Assembly (NCBI GenBank): GCA_016618085.1 | Contig: JABLTG010000169.1 | Span: 1 to 41,347 of the forward strand | Direction: 5' to 3' | Length of the DNA: 41,347 bases | Origin: Neovahlkampfia damariscottae | Lineage: Eukaryota | Shown: in pieces, positions 11,367 to 23,304 of the stretch | How the letters are laid out: each line of letters begins with the position of its first letter | Position numbering within the stretch: position 1 is the first letter of the stretch | Program-made: the position numbers and the translations under genes | The notes under the pieces: generated by a model | What the model was told of the DNA's origin: nothing | The model's input: the letters and a program-made list of their open reading frames with translations, nothing else | Database searches by the model: none

Positions 11367-13763
11367 ATGACTGAAGTATTGCAAAAAGCTATGGGATCTT
11401 TAGAAAACCAACTCCTCCATTTCGAAACACAGAATATGCCAGATATTGTTAAAGAACTTGATCAATGGCTTGATGGAGAATATAATTGTAACATTTCTTC
11501 TATTGAAAGAGTACATGAACTTTTACAAATTTTAGAAGATATCAAGAAATCAAAAAGTGAACAACAAACCAAAAAATCAAAAGAAAAACTTTTTTTTATT
11601 TTCCAAACAGACGCAAAAAAAAGAGAACAGTATAAAATAGATAACAACAATAAAAAAAAAACAGAAGAAGTCACAAGACATATGAGTGAAAAAGATCCTT
11701 CTATACCAGGTAAAAAAAAAAAATACTCAATTTTTGAAAAAGTATATTCTTATAAAGATATTCAAGGACTTTTGATAAACTCACAAAGAAAAGTCAGTAA
11801 TTTGAGATATACGAATGAACAAGAAGCTTTGAAGTTGGAAAAGACAAGAGTATTCTATTTTTGATTCTTAATTTTTTAGAGTTTGTTGGATATTTGTGAA
11901 GCATTAAGTTCTGTCAAATCAAAACATACAGAAAGTCAATTGGTTCTTCGTGAAAAATTATTACAAACTTTAGATGCTTTTGTAATGCAGTATGGTGGTG
12001 TTGCATTCTTTGCTCCTCTTGATATTGAATCCAATGCTTCCATTGGAGCAACTAGAAAAACAGACACTTTTACTTTAGAAGAAATGAAATTCATTGATTA
12101 TGTTTGGTCAACTTCAACAGAAAATTATGTTACAAAAATGGCTTCTTTTGGTCTTAGATCACCTCAACTTGCTAATGCTCCAATGTTTCGAACTGTTTTG
12201 CTATCAAGAAGATTTATGATGATTGACACTGAAAAAGTGAACCTTCCAGAAAATCATTTTCCATTAGAAACAGCTTTATTAATTCCAGTTGTTATTAATA
12301 AACAATCTGTTGCTATGCTCGGTTTAGGAAATGGAAAATACAATCAAATGGATGCTTCAATTCTTTATGAAATTTTACCAAAAATATGGACTGATGTTAT
12401 TCTTGAAAGTGTAGCAAAAGCAAATAAAAAACATGAAGATACTGTTCGTTTACAAAATGTGGAAAAAAGAGTTGAAATGGCCAAGAAAATGTTACTTCAA
12501 TTAAACCAAGTAATGCAAGATGATGATGATATTGTAGTGCTAACAAAAGAAAAATATCTCAGACAAAAATTGAAAGAAATGGCTAATTTCTTTGAAGATG
12601 AGTTTGGTGGACTTGTTTTCGTTGCTCCAACAAAAGTTGAAATTAACATAAATTTACTTAGTCTTGTTGAATCATCAGAAAGTGGAAGTAGTGGAGGATC
12701 AGATAAAGAAGGTCAAGAAACAAAAAATTTCATTGATCAATATGAGTTTATGTCTTATGTTTTTTCAAATTCAGCAAGACAAATCAGAAAAACAGTCATG
12801 AAAAATTTCAAAAAACCTGTTTTAAAAAATTCAATGTTATTCAAGAAAGCAGTGGAATCACAACAACCAATGTATTTTTCAGATACTTCAAAGATGAAAT
12901 TACCAAATGGACACTTTCCAATGTCATCTGTTTTGTTAGTTCCAATTGTTGTTAATTTAGAATGTTGTGGTTTAGTCGGTATTGCGAATGGAAAAACAGA
13001 TAAATTATCAGGTGATGTTATTTTTGATGTTTTATCAACTTCATGGTTTACTATTCTTCAACAATGTTTCAGTAGAATTGATTTAAGATACAAAGAAAGA
13101 ATCATTAATAACACTTTACTTCAAGATGTAAATGGAAATTCTGTAAATAATAGTGCTTTCAAAAGAAAAGGTTCAATTACTGATATTTCTGTTAATAGTC
13201 AAAATACAGTATTGGTGTTTATCAAATTAACTGGAATTGTAAAATTATGTAAAGTTTTAGATGCAGATCATTTAATTGAAATGATTAATTCGTTTTATGC
13301 TAAATTTGATAAATTCTCAGCTCAATGTGGAATTGAAAAAATTGATACTTTTTCTGATTTTTATATTGCTGGTCTGGGACACAAAGATATGCATGACTCA
13401 AGAGTTGCTGGAAATCCTTTATATGCTTGTGCAAATTTCGCAATTGCTGTGAGAGATTTAATGAATGAGTTCAATAAAAATACTGAAATCCCAGATGAAT
13501 TAAAAGAAAATACATTGAATGTTAAAGTTGCAATTGGCACAGGATTTCCACTTTTAACTGGAACATTTGAATCTTCAAAAGTTGACATTTTTGGTGATTT
13601 ATGTGATCAAACAAAAAAATTGGCCTTGAAATCACCAATAGGTTCAATTGGATTGACAGAAAAAGCAGCAATGATCTTACAAAAAAATTATGATATTGGA
13701 TTATCAGATGATGAATCATTTAAATTATTGAAAACAAGAAAAGACCAAGAAAATAAAATTTAG
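11367..13763 (+). CDS. Tandem GAF-like domains plus degenerate class III nucleotide cyclase domain
   Basis: Two repeats LPxxHFP...LL[IV]P[VI]V.N....[ML].G..NG; C-terminal EKIDTFSD and DIFGD. Introns 11710-11742 and 11850-11879. Confidence 0.75.
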
Positions 13764-15646
13764 TTTTGTTCAACAATTTTACGAACAGAATCGATATAAT
13801 CTTGAGCCATATCCCAACCTAATGAATTTGTTTCTTCATAATGATTATCAGCTTTTGTAATATGACCATATCTACAAATGAATCTAACTCCATTATATCT
13901 ATTTCCGTATTTCTTTTTTGCGTCTTGTGGGTTTTCAATAATCCATTTACATTCGACTCCTGACATTGAATCATGATATGTAATTCCAAGTCGTTTACAT
14001 TCTGATGCATGAAAGTTACATTTAATTCTGACATCGGAAATTGGAATCATATAACCAATTTCATCTTGTCCAAGACCGAAAAACCAACATTGAGATTGAC
14101 ATTTTAAATATTTCAAAACAAATCCTGGCATTGTATAATTTGCACCTGTAGCATGATTATGTGGATTTTGATAGTATTTGTTGATATTTGTATTGAAATC
14201 TTCTGGTAGTCCCAAGAAAAGTTCTGGTGGAACTTCTGCAGGTCCTGTGATCCATTTTAATGGACCAAAGTCAACAAGAATTGTTTTTGTTTTGATGAAT
14301 TCTCCTTTTCTAAGTGGAACTGGAAATTCAGCACTTAATGTGTTAGTATATCCATCAGATTTGCATGTTTCAATTGTTGGTTTTTTTGGGTCTGAACAAA
14401 TATAACAATCTCTTGGTGAATATCCTGCCATACTTCTATTGGTAGCTGGTGAGACAATTGCCATGATAAGTCTAAATTTAACATTTGCATTGTACGTGAA
14501 GAATTCTTGTGTTTTGAATTTAAATTCAACAGGTCTTAAGATTGTTGATTGTCTAACTGTTCTTTCGACTTGAATTGCCAATTCTCGTCCAATTATAAAT
14601 TGCTTTCTAAAATTTTTTGGAATTGGAGTTGCCCCATCTGGAAATTGTGTTCCGTCACCTGTGATTGGGTATTTTTCAGAAACTTCCCAAACTTTTGCAT
14701 ATAAAGGAGCAATTAAGACACCAATAGGTCCATTAATATAACAAGTGGTTGCTCCATATTTTTTTTTTAAATATCTTTCAGTTACTCCAACAAAATCACC
14801 AGTAAAATATTTTCCATTCGCATCACAATTTGGTTTTCCTAATTGTTCACAATGTTTTGGATCAACTTTTGGTCTGTATCCAAGAGTTACTTCTGGGTGA
14901 TTTGACCATTGAACCATAAATGTTATAATATTTCTATTTTTAATTGAAATAGCTTGTAAAACTCTTAAATCTTTATCTAAGATTCTTGGATCTCTATTAT
15001 CAACCATACCAAAACCCCATCTACTTTTAGAGATTTGAATAATTGCAGGTTCTTCTTTTTGTAAAGCTTCAACAGTTGTTTTCACCATCACGTCGAGCAT
15101 ATATTTGAAATATTTTTTATTCAAAAGATATATTGGATTAATACCCGCACTATCTGGACCATGATGATTGTGTGTTGCATGTCCAACAAACTTTAAATCA
15201 CCATATCTTTTCCCAACTTTTTTTTTAACCATTGTTTCAAATAATTCCCAATCATTTCTTTTGAAGAATTAGATAGATTTTATTTTACTTGAAAATCATA
15301 TAAACATTGACACTTACTGTGATTAATGTTTGTTTGTCTGATGTTCTCATTGTTACAACTGTACAATTAATGTGGTCACGAACCCAGTAGGCAAAACCTC
15401 CACCATTTGCCACATAAACAGGACCTGTATCAAATTTTGGTGTGAAAGTTCCAGGTGAATCAAAATCATCTTCTGGTAAATCAACTAAGAATTTTTTTTT
15501 AATTTTTTTTCTTCTTTCAAACCAACATAATCAATTTTTCCATTTATTGGTGGTACTACTGAGTTACTAGCGGTTCCTACAATCCAATGTTCTTGAGCAT
15601 GGCAAATAAAAAAAATAAACACTGACAAAACAACAAAAAGCTTCAT
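13760..15646 (-). CDS. Secreted neutral/alkaline ceramidase-like hydrolase
   Basis: Signal peptide MKLFVVLSVF; ATHNHHGPD, WSNHPE, GLGQDEIGY, HYEETNSLG. Two short 5' introns link ORF 15485..15676 to 13760..15232. Confidence 0.7.
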
Positions 15647-15682
15647 GTTGTTTGATTGGTACGGAATAATAATCACCCAATC
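15647..15682. promoter_or_regulatory. 36-nt bidirectional promoter with two opposed CCAAT boxes
   Basis: TGATTGG near 15653 and CCAATC at 15677, between divergent ATGs at 15646 and 15683. Confidence 0.6.
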
Positions 15683-16402
15683 ATGGTATTTTAAACTTTA
15701 CTTCTAATCTTCCACAGTTTTCATTGCTTTATGGATTTTATGAAATAGCAACAAAAAAACTTCAGTATAATATTCTAATAGTAGGTTTAGATGGAGCAGG
15801 AAAAACAGTAAAAAGAATCAAAAAAAAATTAAAAAAAATTTAGTCACTCTTGGAAAAAATAAAAGAAAAATTTACTGATTCAAAACCACTTCCAAAAGAA
15901 AAAATAACACCAACCATAGGATTAAATGGTATTTTAATTGTTCTATTAAACCTACAAGTTTGTAAATTTACTTATAAAAAAAATGACTTGACCGTCTGGG
16001 ATTTAGGTGGAAAAAAGAATTTAAGATCAATTTGGAATGAATATTTTGCAGATTCTCATGCAGTAAAAAAAACAAAAAATTAAATTTTCACAGATTTTAT
16101 TTGTCATTGATGCCAACGATGCCGGTCGTTTTGAAGAATCAAAAGAAGTTTTTGATGAAATTTTAGAAAACAAAAACCTTGGTTCTATTCCAATATTAAT
16201 ACTTTTAAACAAATGCGACACTCAAAATAAATCACAACAAGAAATACTGGAGCTCTTTGAACTTGATAGAATTGAAGGAAGAGATTGGATGGTTCAATGT
16301 GTTTCAGCTGAAAATGGAAAAGGTATTGGTGAATCATTGGAAATATTAATTCAATATTTACAAAAAAATGCGAGATATGTTGATACAGAGGCTTATATTT
16401 AA
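15683..16402 (+). CDS. ARFRP1: ARF-related protein 1 (ARFRP1/Arl3p-like GTPase)
   Basis: ATG is followed at once by an intron; spliced MFSLLYGFY...ILIVGLDGAGKT, PTIGLN, WDLGG, NKCD, CVSA. Confidence 0.85.
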
Positions 16403-16403
16403 T

Positions 16404-18405
16404 TTATTTTTTTATTTGAATTAAACAACAATCAAGTAAATTTAATTCTTCAATTGTTTGATTTAAATCTTTTAAAACCTTTCTTGGGTGACTCAACATT
16501 AAATCAAATGATTCTAAAGAAGGTTCTTTGGAGAACACGAAATTATAAATTGTTCCAATAGAATCATTCAAGTTAAATTTTTGAACCAATCGATTTCCGT
16601 TGAATAATTTGAATTGAATTTTAGTTGTTGGTTTAATTTCATCTAATTTATAGTCAATTTTTTCAATTTTAAAATCTTTTTCTTTTTTAGTTTTTAATGT
16701 TCTTCCTGTTCCTTCAAAAGCCACAAATTGAATTTCTTCTCCTGGAAGGGTGTAATCTTTTTTGTCAAGATAAAAAATGAATTTTGGAGCTAATTCAGGA
16801 CCTACAAGTGTTTTGAAAAGTTCTATTTTTTGTTTGCATTTTTCTGTTAATGTTACATTAGATAAAGGTGTGATTCCCATTGGTTTAAGATTGATCGTTG
16901 GTCCATGAATATCTTTTGAAATCTCGTTCCATAAATGATTTCCATTAAAATGAGAATGTTTTTCTGTCTTGAAACAATCCTCACACAAATTAAAATCATA
17001 ACAATTTTGGCACTAAAATTCAATTAAATTTCAAACAATCTTACCGAATATCTAACACCTTTAAAATCAGTTCTCAGACATGATTTACATTGAAATTTAT
17101 GGTGAATGATGATTTCTTTCTTTTCTTCTTTTGAAAATCTTGTAAATTTTGATTTGTCCAATAATTTTGAACATACATCAAAATCTACCCAATTCAAAGT
17201 AACAGGACATAACAATTCTGATGGTGAATAATTTCCTTTGTAATTCACTTTTGAATTATGATGAACATATGATCCCAAGTAGTAGTATTTGAATTCAGGT
17301 GTAAAACATGAATAAGTTTGGATTAATTCACATTCCTTCATAACAGAAAAAACACCCAATGAAAGGAATGAAAAATCAGGGTCATAAAAATGATAATTGG
17401 ATGAAATTCCAAAAGGTAAAATATCAATATCACTTACTGCTATCAACTGACCGTCTAAAATGTACTGTAAATGAAATGATCCATATTTAAAGTTCAATGG
17501 ACCTCCAGTCCAAAATGGATTGGTGTCATATTGAATTGGTGATTCTCCGAGAAAGTTTGTGTATCTTTTTATGGTTACATCTTCTTTTCTTTCACGATGA
17601 ATTTTCATTTGGTACTTTTGGTATAATTCAAACTCTTCTTGTTTAAAACTGATTGGGTTTAATTTCATTTCCAGTTTTCTCCCTTTTTTGTTGGATTTTT
17701 GATCTATTTTTGAATCAGAATCTTCATCCGTTAACAAGAAGTTTATATGTCCTGTATCTGAAACAGATATCGATTCTAATTGAATATAATTGGATAAGAA
17801 ATTGGAAGTAAATTCTTTGACCATTTCTTGTGCAATTTCTTTGGCTTTTTCAGGTTTTTTTAATTGATATGAAATTGAGACAGCAATTGAGCTTGAAAAA
17901 TCACACACATTTTTAATTTTTTTGCTGGAGATGTTCACTTTTGTTTCTTTCAAATTCAAATTTTTGTTCTTTTGAAAATTAATCAAACAAATTTTCAAAT
18001 CTTCAGATATTGAATGATACAACATCTTGTGATCATTTTCTTTTGGTTTTTCAACTTCTCCTGCTAAAAATTTTTTCCACTTGTTCATAACTTTATTTTG
18101 TTTTTTTGTTGGTTTTAAGTTTGTTGCATCTAAACGAATTGCGTATTGAGGACAACAAGTTTCATCATTTTTTGGTAAATAACAAAGAGTTCCACATCTT
18201 TCCCAACCTCTATTTAAAAATTTTTGATAGTCATATGGTGAGATTGATAGCAGATAATCAGAATATAAAAGACTATTTTTTTTAATGTGTAAAGTGGATA
18301 CTTTGTTTTGTTTTTGACAAATGTGCCTGTTTTTTCATCATATACTTTACAATATCCACAGTTGGTTAAATCCAAACCATCAAAATAACAAGCTGGTAAA
18401 GACAT
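16404..18405 (-). CDS. ATE1: Arginyl-tRNA--protein transferase (ATE1 family) fused to ZZ zinc finger, SHP box and UBX domain
   Basis: CGYC, RGWERCG, TCCPQYAIRLD, LYQKYQMKIH, YGSFHLQY, FYDPDF.FLSLG, PSELLCP. Introns 18273-18301 and 17013-17044 give one continuous frame through ZZ, FEGTGRTL and UBX. Confidence 0.88.
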
Positions 18406-19124
18406 CAACTTGAGCCTCAATTTTTGTGGTAGAAATAAACCAATGAAAATGTCTCAATTCCGGAAGTGAAACTAAATATTAATGAAACATGCCACTTTCA
18501 ATTGAAACACAAGTTCTCCAGAATTTAAAAATTATTCATCAAAAATCAGTTCAAAAATCAACTCAATTTTATTTATTTTAATGAAAATTTAATTCCTCCT
18601 GGAATCATGATTGAGAAATCTTTAATTTTGAGCACAATAGATTAATTATTGTGAATTTTACTTGCAGTGTCAGCAGAAAGAATCACGAAAACTATTTCAT
18701 CATATCCCAATTCTGAGAGTTCATCTGCATATAAGATTGGTTTTCTCATTGGGATATTGAAAATGTTGCTCACATTTTTCTAATGCCTTTATTATTTCGT
18801 CTTTATAAATTCTTATTACCACATAATAATATGTTGATTTTAATTGCTAATTTTCTTTCTATTATTTTTCCCAATATTTTTGGAAGAAAAGAATTGTGTT
18901 CTACATCTTTTGAACTGATGACAATATTAAGATTTCTTTTATTTTGTATTTTATTGTGGATTTCAAAAAAAAATTATTCAATTCTATTCTTAGTTAGCTG
19001 AAATGCCATTCTTCAAATTGAAAATCAAGGTTATTGGAATAACGCGTCTAATTATGTAGGAGTCTTCTTGTATTCTTTTGTTGGTCCAAAATTGACCTGT
19101 CAAAAGGTTGTTTTTCATTTTTGA

Positions 19125-20152
19125 ATGGAAAGGTCATCTCAATTCACTCACCTCACTTTGGAAGAAATTCAAATCTTCATTCAAAACCAATTTGATGTTC
19201 AAGTCAATGAGAAGAAAAATTTGAATAAAGGCTGGGAAAATACAAATTTAAAATTAATTTGTGAAAATGGAAAACTTGTAGTTTTAAGAATTTCTGGTTT
19301 TGTCAAAAGAAAAACCTTTGAAATTAAAGTCTTGGAGTATTTAGAACAAGTTGGATTATCAGTTCCGAAGGTTATCTCAAATTTAAACAAGGAAAGTATT
19401 TTTCGAATCAAAGAAAAGAATTCTGTTCTGTTTGAGTTTTACAAAGGATATCATGTTGAATTTGAGGATATTTCCAAAACAGAGATTCATTTAATCGCCA
19501 ATTTTTTAGGTGAATTGCATGTCAAATCACAAAATTTTCATGTTGAAAAAAATGAATTCCGAGGCAAACTTTTAACTCTTGATTCTGAAGAGATCACAAA
19601 TACAAAAAAAAATATCAACCTGTTTTTTGAAGGAAATAATGATGAAAAATTCAAAAATGAATTGATTTCGATATTCGAAAAGAATTCCGATCTGGATTTG
19701 ATAAATTTCAAAAAAAATTTCCACAAGGTATAATTCACACCGATTTGCCTGACGGAAATGTTTTATTTCATAAAATTGAAGAAGAAACGAACATATCTGT
19801 TATTTTGGATTGGGATGATTGTGTTATTGGTCCATTTATATATGACATATGTTACTCGATCATGTCTTGGTGTGGAGAAGAAATAGATGGTCAGTATATT
19901 TTACACGTTGAAAATATTGAATTATTTCTGAATTCATATCAAAAACATCGAAAAATTGAAAAAATTGAACTAGATCACTTTAAGCAATTTTTGGTTTTCT
20001 GCAAATTTAATGTGATAGATTTTTGTTTACTTCCTGACAATATATACAGAAAAAGTGATACACTTGAATTGTTTCATATGTTTTATGATTTCATGCACCA
20101 AATAATTAATGGAAAAATTGACGAAATGATCAAAAAAATCAATTTTCCTTGA
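19125..20152 (+). CDS. APH/homoserine kinase type II-like phosphotransferase (apparent frameshift)
   Basis: GWENTN, LGELH, then FPQGIIHTDLPDGNVLF and ILDWDD in the -1 frame. One extra A in the A8 run at 19710-19717 would fuse them. Confidence 0.75.
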
Positions 20153-20367
20153 CATTCTAAAATATAAACTCCTTCAACAAATGAATATATTTTGATTTTT
20201 TCTGTTGTTGGATCAGTAATATAATGATTCTTATTGGAACATCTCTCTGCAATTGATTTCAAAAATTCCTCTTTTGTCCAATGTTTTGGAAACAACTTTT
20301 TAAGATCAGTTTCATTTTGGTCTTTCAACTATGTCAAAACAACAAGAATGATTGGATAAAGATTTAT

Positions 20368-22008
20368 TTACACAAAAATAACATCTAATTTTACTCCTTT
20401 TTCGAATTGAGAGACCTTTCCATCTGAATCAATAGGATCACTGAATAATGAATCTTTAAAATTCAAACCTGAAAACACTATTCGGTGAATTCTCAAAACA
20501 GGTTGGTCTTTCATATTTTTTCTGAATGCTTTGGATCCACATTTCCACCATATTGGGTGATATCCTTCAAATTTCTTCAAAATTGTATTTCTTAAACCAT
20601 CCAATGTAAATTCTTTCAATTCAATAGGTTTATACCGAAATCGACCGTATTCTCTCACAAAAATATTTGAATTTGGATTTTTTTCATCATAAATTCTTCT
20701 TGGAACTGATTTATCAGCAACTTTATGACACCTTTAAAATTCGTCAAAAAAATAGAATGTTCTAACCAATGACAAAAGTTCAATAAACAATTTTGATCCA
20801 CAATCGAAAGAAATTGATCAGATGGACCTGTTTCTTTCCACTTCATCATTTCATTGTATTTATTTTCATCAGAAACGATTTCATTCACTTTTTCAACAAT
20901 TTCATCAACGTTATTCAAATCTTTCCAATGAATAACTGAATTTGATGATGGTTCAAAGTAATGCAAATCATTGGCTCCAATAACAACTTTAAAAATTAAT
21001 TCAAAAACAAAAAACAATACTCGGAATAACTCCTGAATATAAAGCTTGCCAATATTTCTCGGTCAAATAACCTTTTTGAAATCCATTTTCAAATGATAAA
21101 TGAAAAAAGTATCTTGCCATATTTTTCACCTTAAAATAAGAGTCAAAAAAAAGATATTTTGATTTTACTTTCCTGTCATCTCTTGGTAATTTCTCCAAAT
21201 GTTTAGGTTCTTTTGAAGTCAAATGTTTCTCAAAACAACCACCAAAAATATCAATTTTCATTCCTTTGTTCAATAGTTTTTTTACTGTAGCTATTCTATC
21301 GTATTGTGTTACTTGACAATTTGAAATATAAGCAGAAGCAACAGAAGTCATGTTTTTCTTTTCTTTCCATGAATAAAATGGTTTTAACGAGAAATCATAA
21401 CCACTATAAGGAGCATAAAAGTCAGCATCTGTTCTTGTGGCAAAATACATATCATATCCTTTTGGATGATCTTTTTCCATGGTATAATGAATATCCATTT
21501 GATTTTTACATTTTTTTTTGTATTTAAATGGAAATATATGTAATTTTACAAAACCATCACTGCTGTATTGATATTTTTCCTTTTTTTTTGTAAATATACA
21601 ACGTACATCACAGTCTGCTTCAACTGTATCTTTTTTATTGGCAATCCTTGTTTTTTTTGTTATTTTTAATAATTTTTTACCAGAAAGCAAAATTTTGATC
21701 ACCTTTTTAAATGTAAAATTTTTTTTTATCTGACTTGGAATAATGAAGGTTACTGGGTCTTTATTGAAATTTCTTATGGTGTAATTTCGGCATTGGTTTC
21801 TTATTTCATATGGTTCTCTTTCTACCTTTGAATTGAAAAGTACCGTAGAATGAACTGGTTGTTGATTGTTTTTGAAATTTTCAAATTGAACATCTCTTTT
21901 TTCTGTTGTTATTCTTATGAAAGTGAAAATTATCATTACAGCTGATACCAGTACCGTAAATACTAAAAATAATGGTTTTCTTTTCACGGTTTCTATTGTG
22001 TTGCTCAT
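20368..22008 (-). CDS. GT10 alpha-1,3-fucosyltransferase (plant core FucT-like C-terminus)
   Basis: Type II TM anchor; YISNC, YFFHLSFENG...YLTEKYWQAL. Spliced through to VREYGRF...HPIW...LDVIFV*. Confidence 0.85.
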
Positions 22009-22192
22009 TTCCTTTATGTACAATTTGTTGTTGTTGAGGTTTATAATCAAGTGTCCAATCAAAACATCAGAATACATGAAGTTTTTGAAAATGTTTTTTG
22101 TTCCCAAATTTTGAAGAAAATAAACAAAAAATAAACAATCTAAAAGTTTTGTCCCAACCAATCAAAGCATTTTTCAACCTCTAAAAAAAGTT

Positions 22193-22684
22193 ATGAAACT
22201 CCTCATCGCAGCTCTTACATTACTCGTTTTAATACAACTCTCTTCATCTCAAATTATCAGAGCTAGTTGTGAATCTTTCTGGAATTTCAAAGGAAACAAA
22301 TGTTCATCAGTTCAAAATTTTATCTTGGGCGAAATCAAACATTATACACACCCAGACGGAAAACATAAAAAGTAATAAAAAAATAGATTAAACGCTGAAA
22401 GTTATACTTTGATTGCTACAAAACCAAATCATATTCATTTAATCAATACAACACCAGTTAGAAAATACATTGACGATATCAATATTGAATTCACAGATAA
22501 AGGTGATTCATGTGCAACTAAACAAGTCTCAAGATCAAGAGTTTTCTCAGTTTATGATTATTCAACAAACTTTTGTAACATTCACAATCTTTTATTAAGA
22601 TATGAAGAAGTTTTCAATAAAAAGTATGATGAAAAATTAGGAAATTGTAGATTTCATGATGTTACTATGTGCAAGAAATATTAA
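22193..22684 (+). CDS. Small secreted Cys-containing protein
   Basis: Signal peptide; intron 22372-22401 joins two ORFs; SRSRVFSVYDYSTNFCNIHNL. Confidence 0.75.
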
Positions 22685-22854
22685 ATTTTCTTTTGTGAAA
22701 CCAAACAAAAATTTTATTTTATTTTTCCGCAAAAACTCCGGAAAAAGGAATATCTGTCTCGGTTGAAATGAGTCATTTTTAGTCATTTTTTTTTGTGTTG
22801 GTTTTATTTTTCATTTGTTTTGGTAATTTTTGAATTATTTTTTTTTAAAAAAAA

Positions 22855-23154
22855 ATGGAAACTTCAAATAAAAGAACATTGAGTGACATGGAACCTGATG
22901 ACTCTAAATTGGAATTTTCAAAACCAAAAGTACAAAAATTATCTGAAATGATGAAAGTAATCTCTAATTCTTTTGAAAAATCTTTCAACTAGGAAGTAAG
23001 TAAAACCATACTTCAAAGTCATTCAAATAACATCAACTGTACAATGTCGTCAACTTTTATCTTTGAAGATATGTCAAAAGAAGATTTCAAACAAATTACT
23101 TTTGAATCTGATAAGTTACAAACCCAGGATTTAAAAGAAACTCAAAATTTTTGA
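22855..23154 (+). CDS. Small hypothetical protein missed by the ORF track
   Basis: METSNKRTLSDME...MMK, then intron 22957-22992 (GTAATC..CTAG), then EVSK...QNF*. Confidence 0.55.
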
Positions 23155-23304
23155 TTTTCAATTTGAATTCATAAAAAAAATTCAAATAAATTTTGTAGAG
23201 GATTTTCAACGTTGTATTTTTCAACCAATGATTTCCAAACACTTGTTGTTAAATTCCGTAAACCAATCAAAAGTTCACCAAATCCGAAACACAAAAAAAA
23301 AACA

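Noticed and set aside
18480..19010. Possible minus-strand gene remnant and plus ORF 18783..19001
   Set aside because: Multiple stops, no convincing introns or motifs; cannot support a call.
20083..20328. 81-aa minus ORF below a CCAAT box
   Set aside because: TTG start, overlaps the phosphotransferase 3' end, no recognisable motif.
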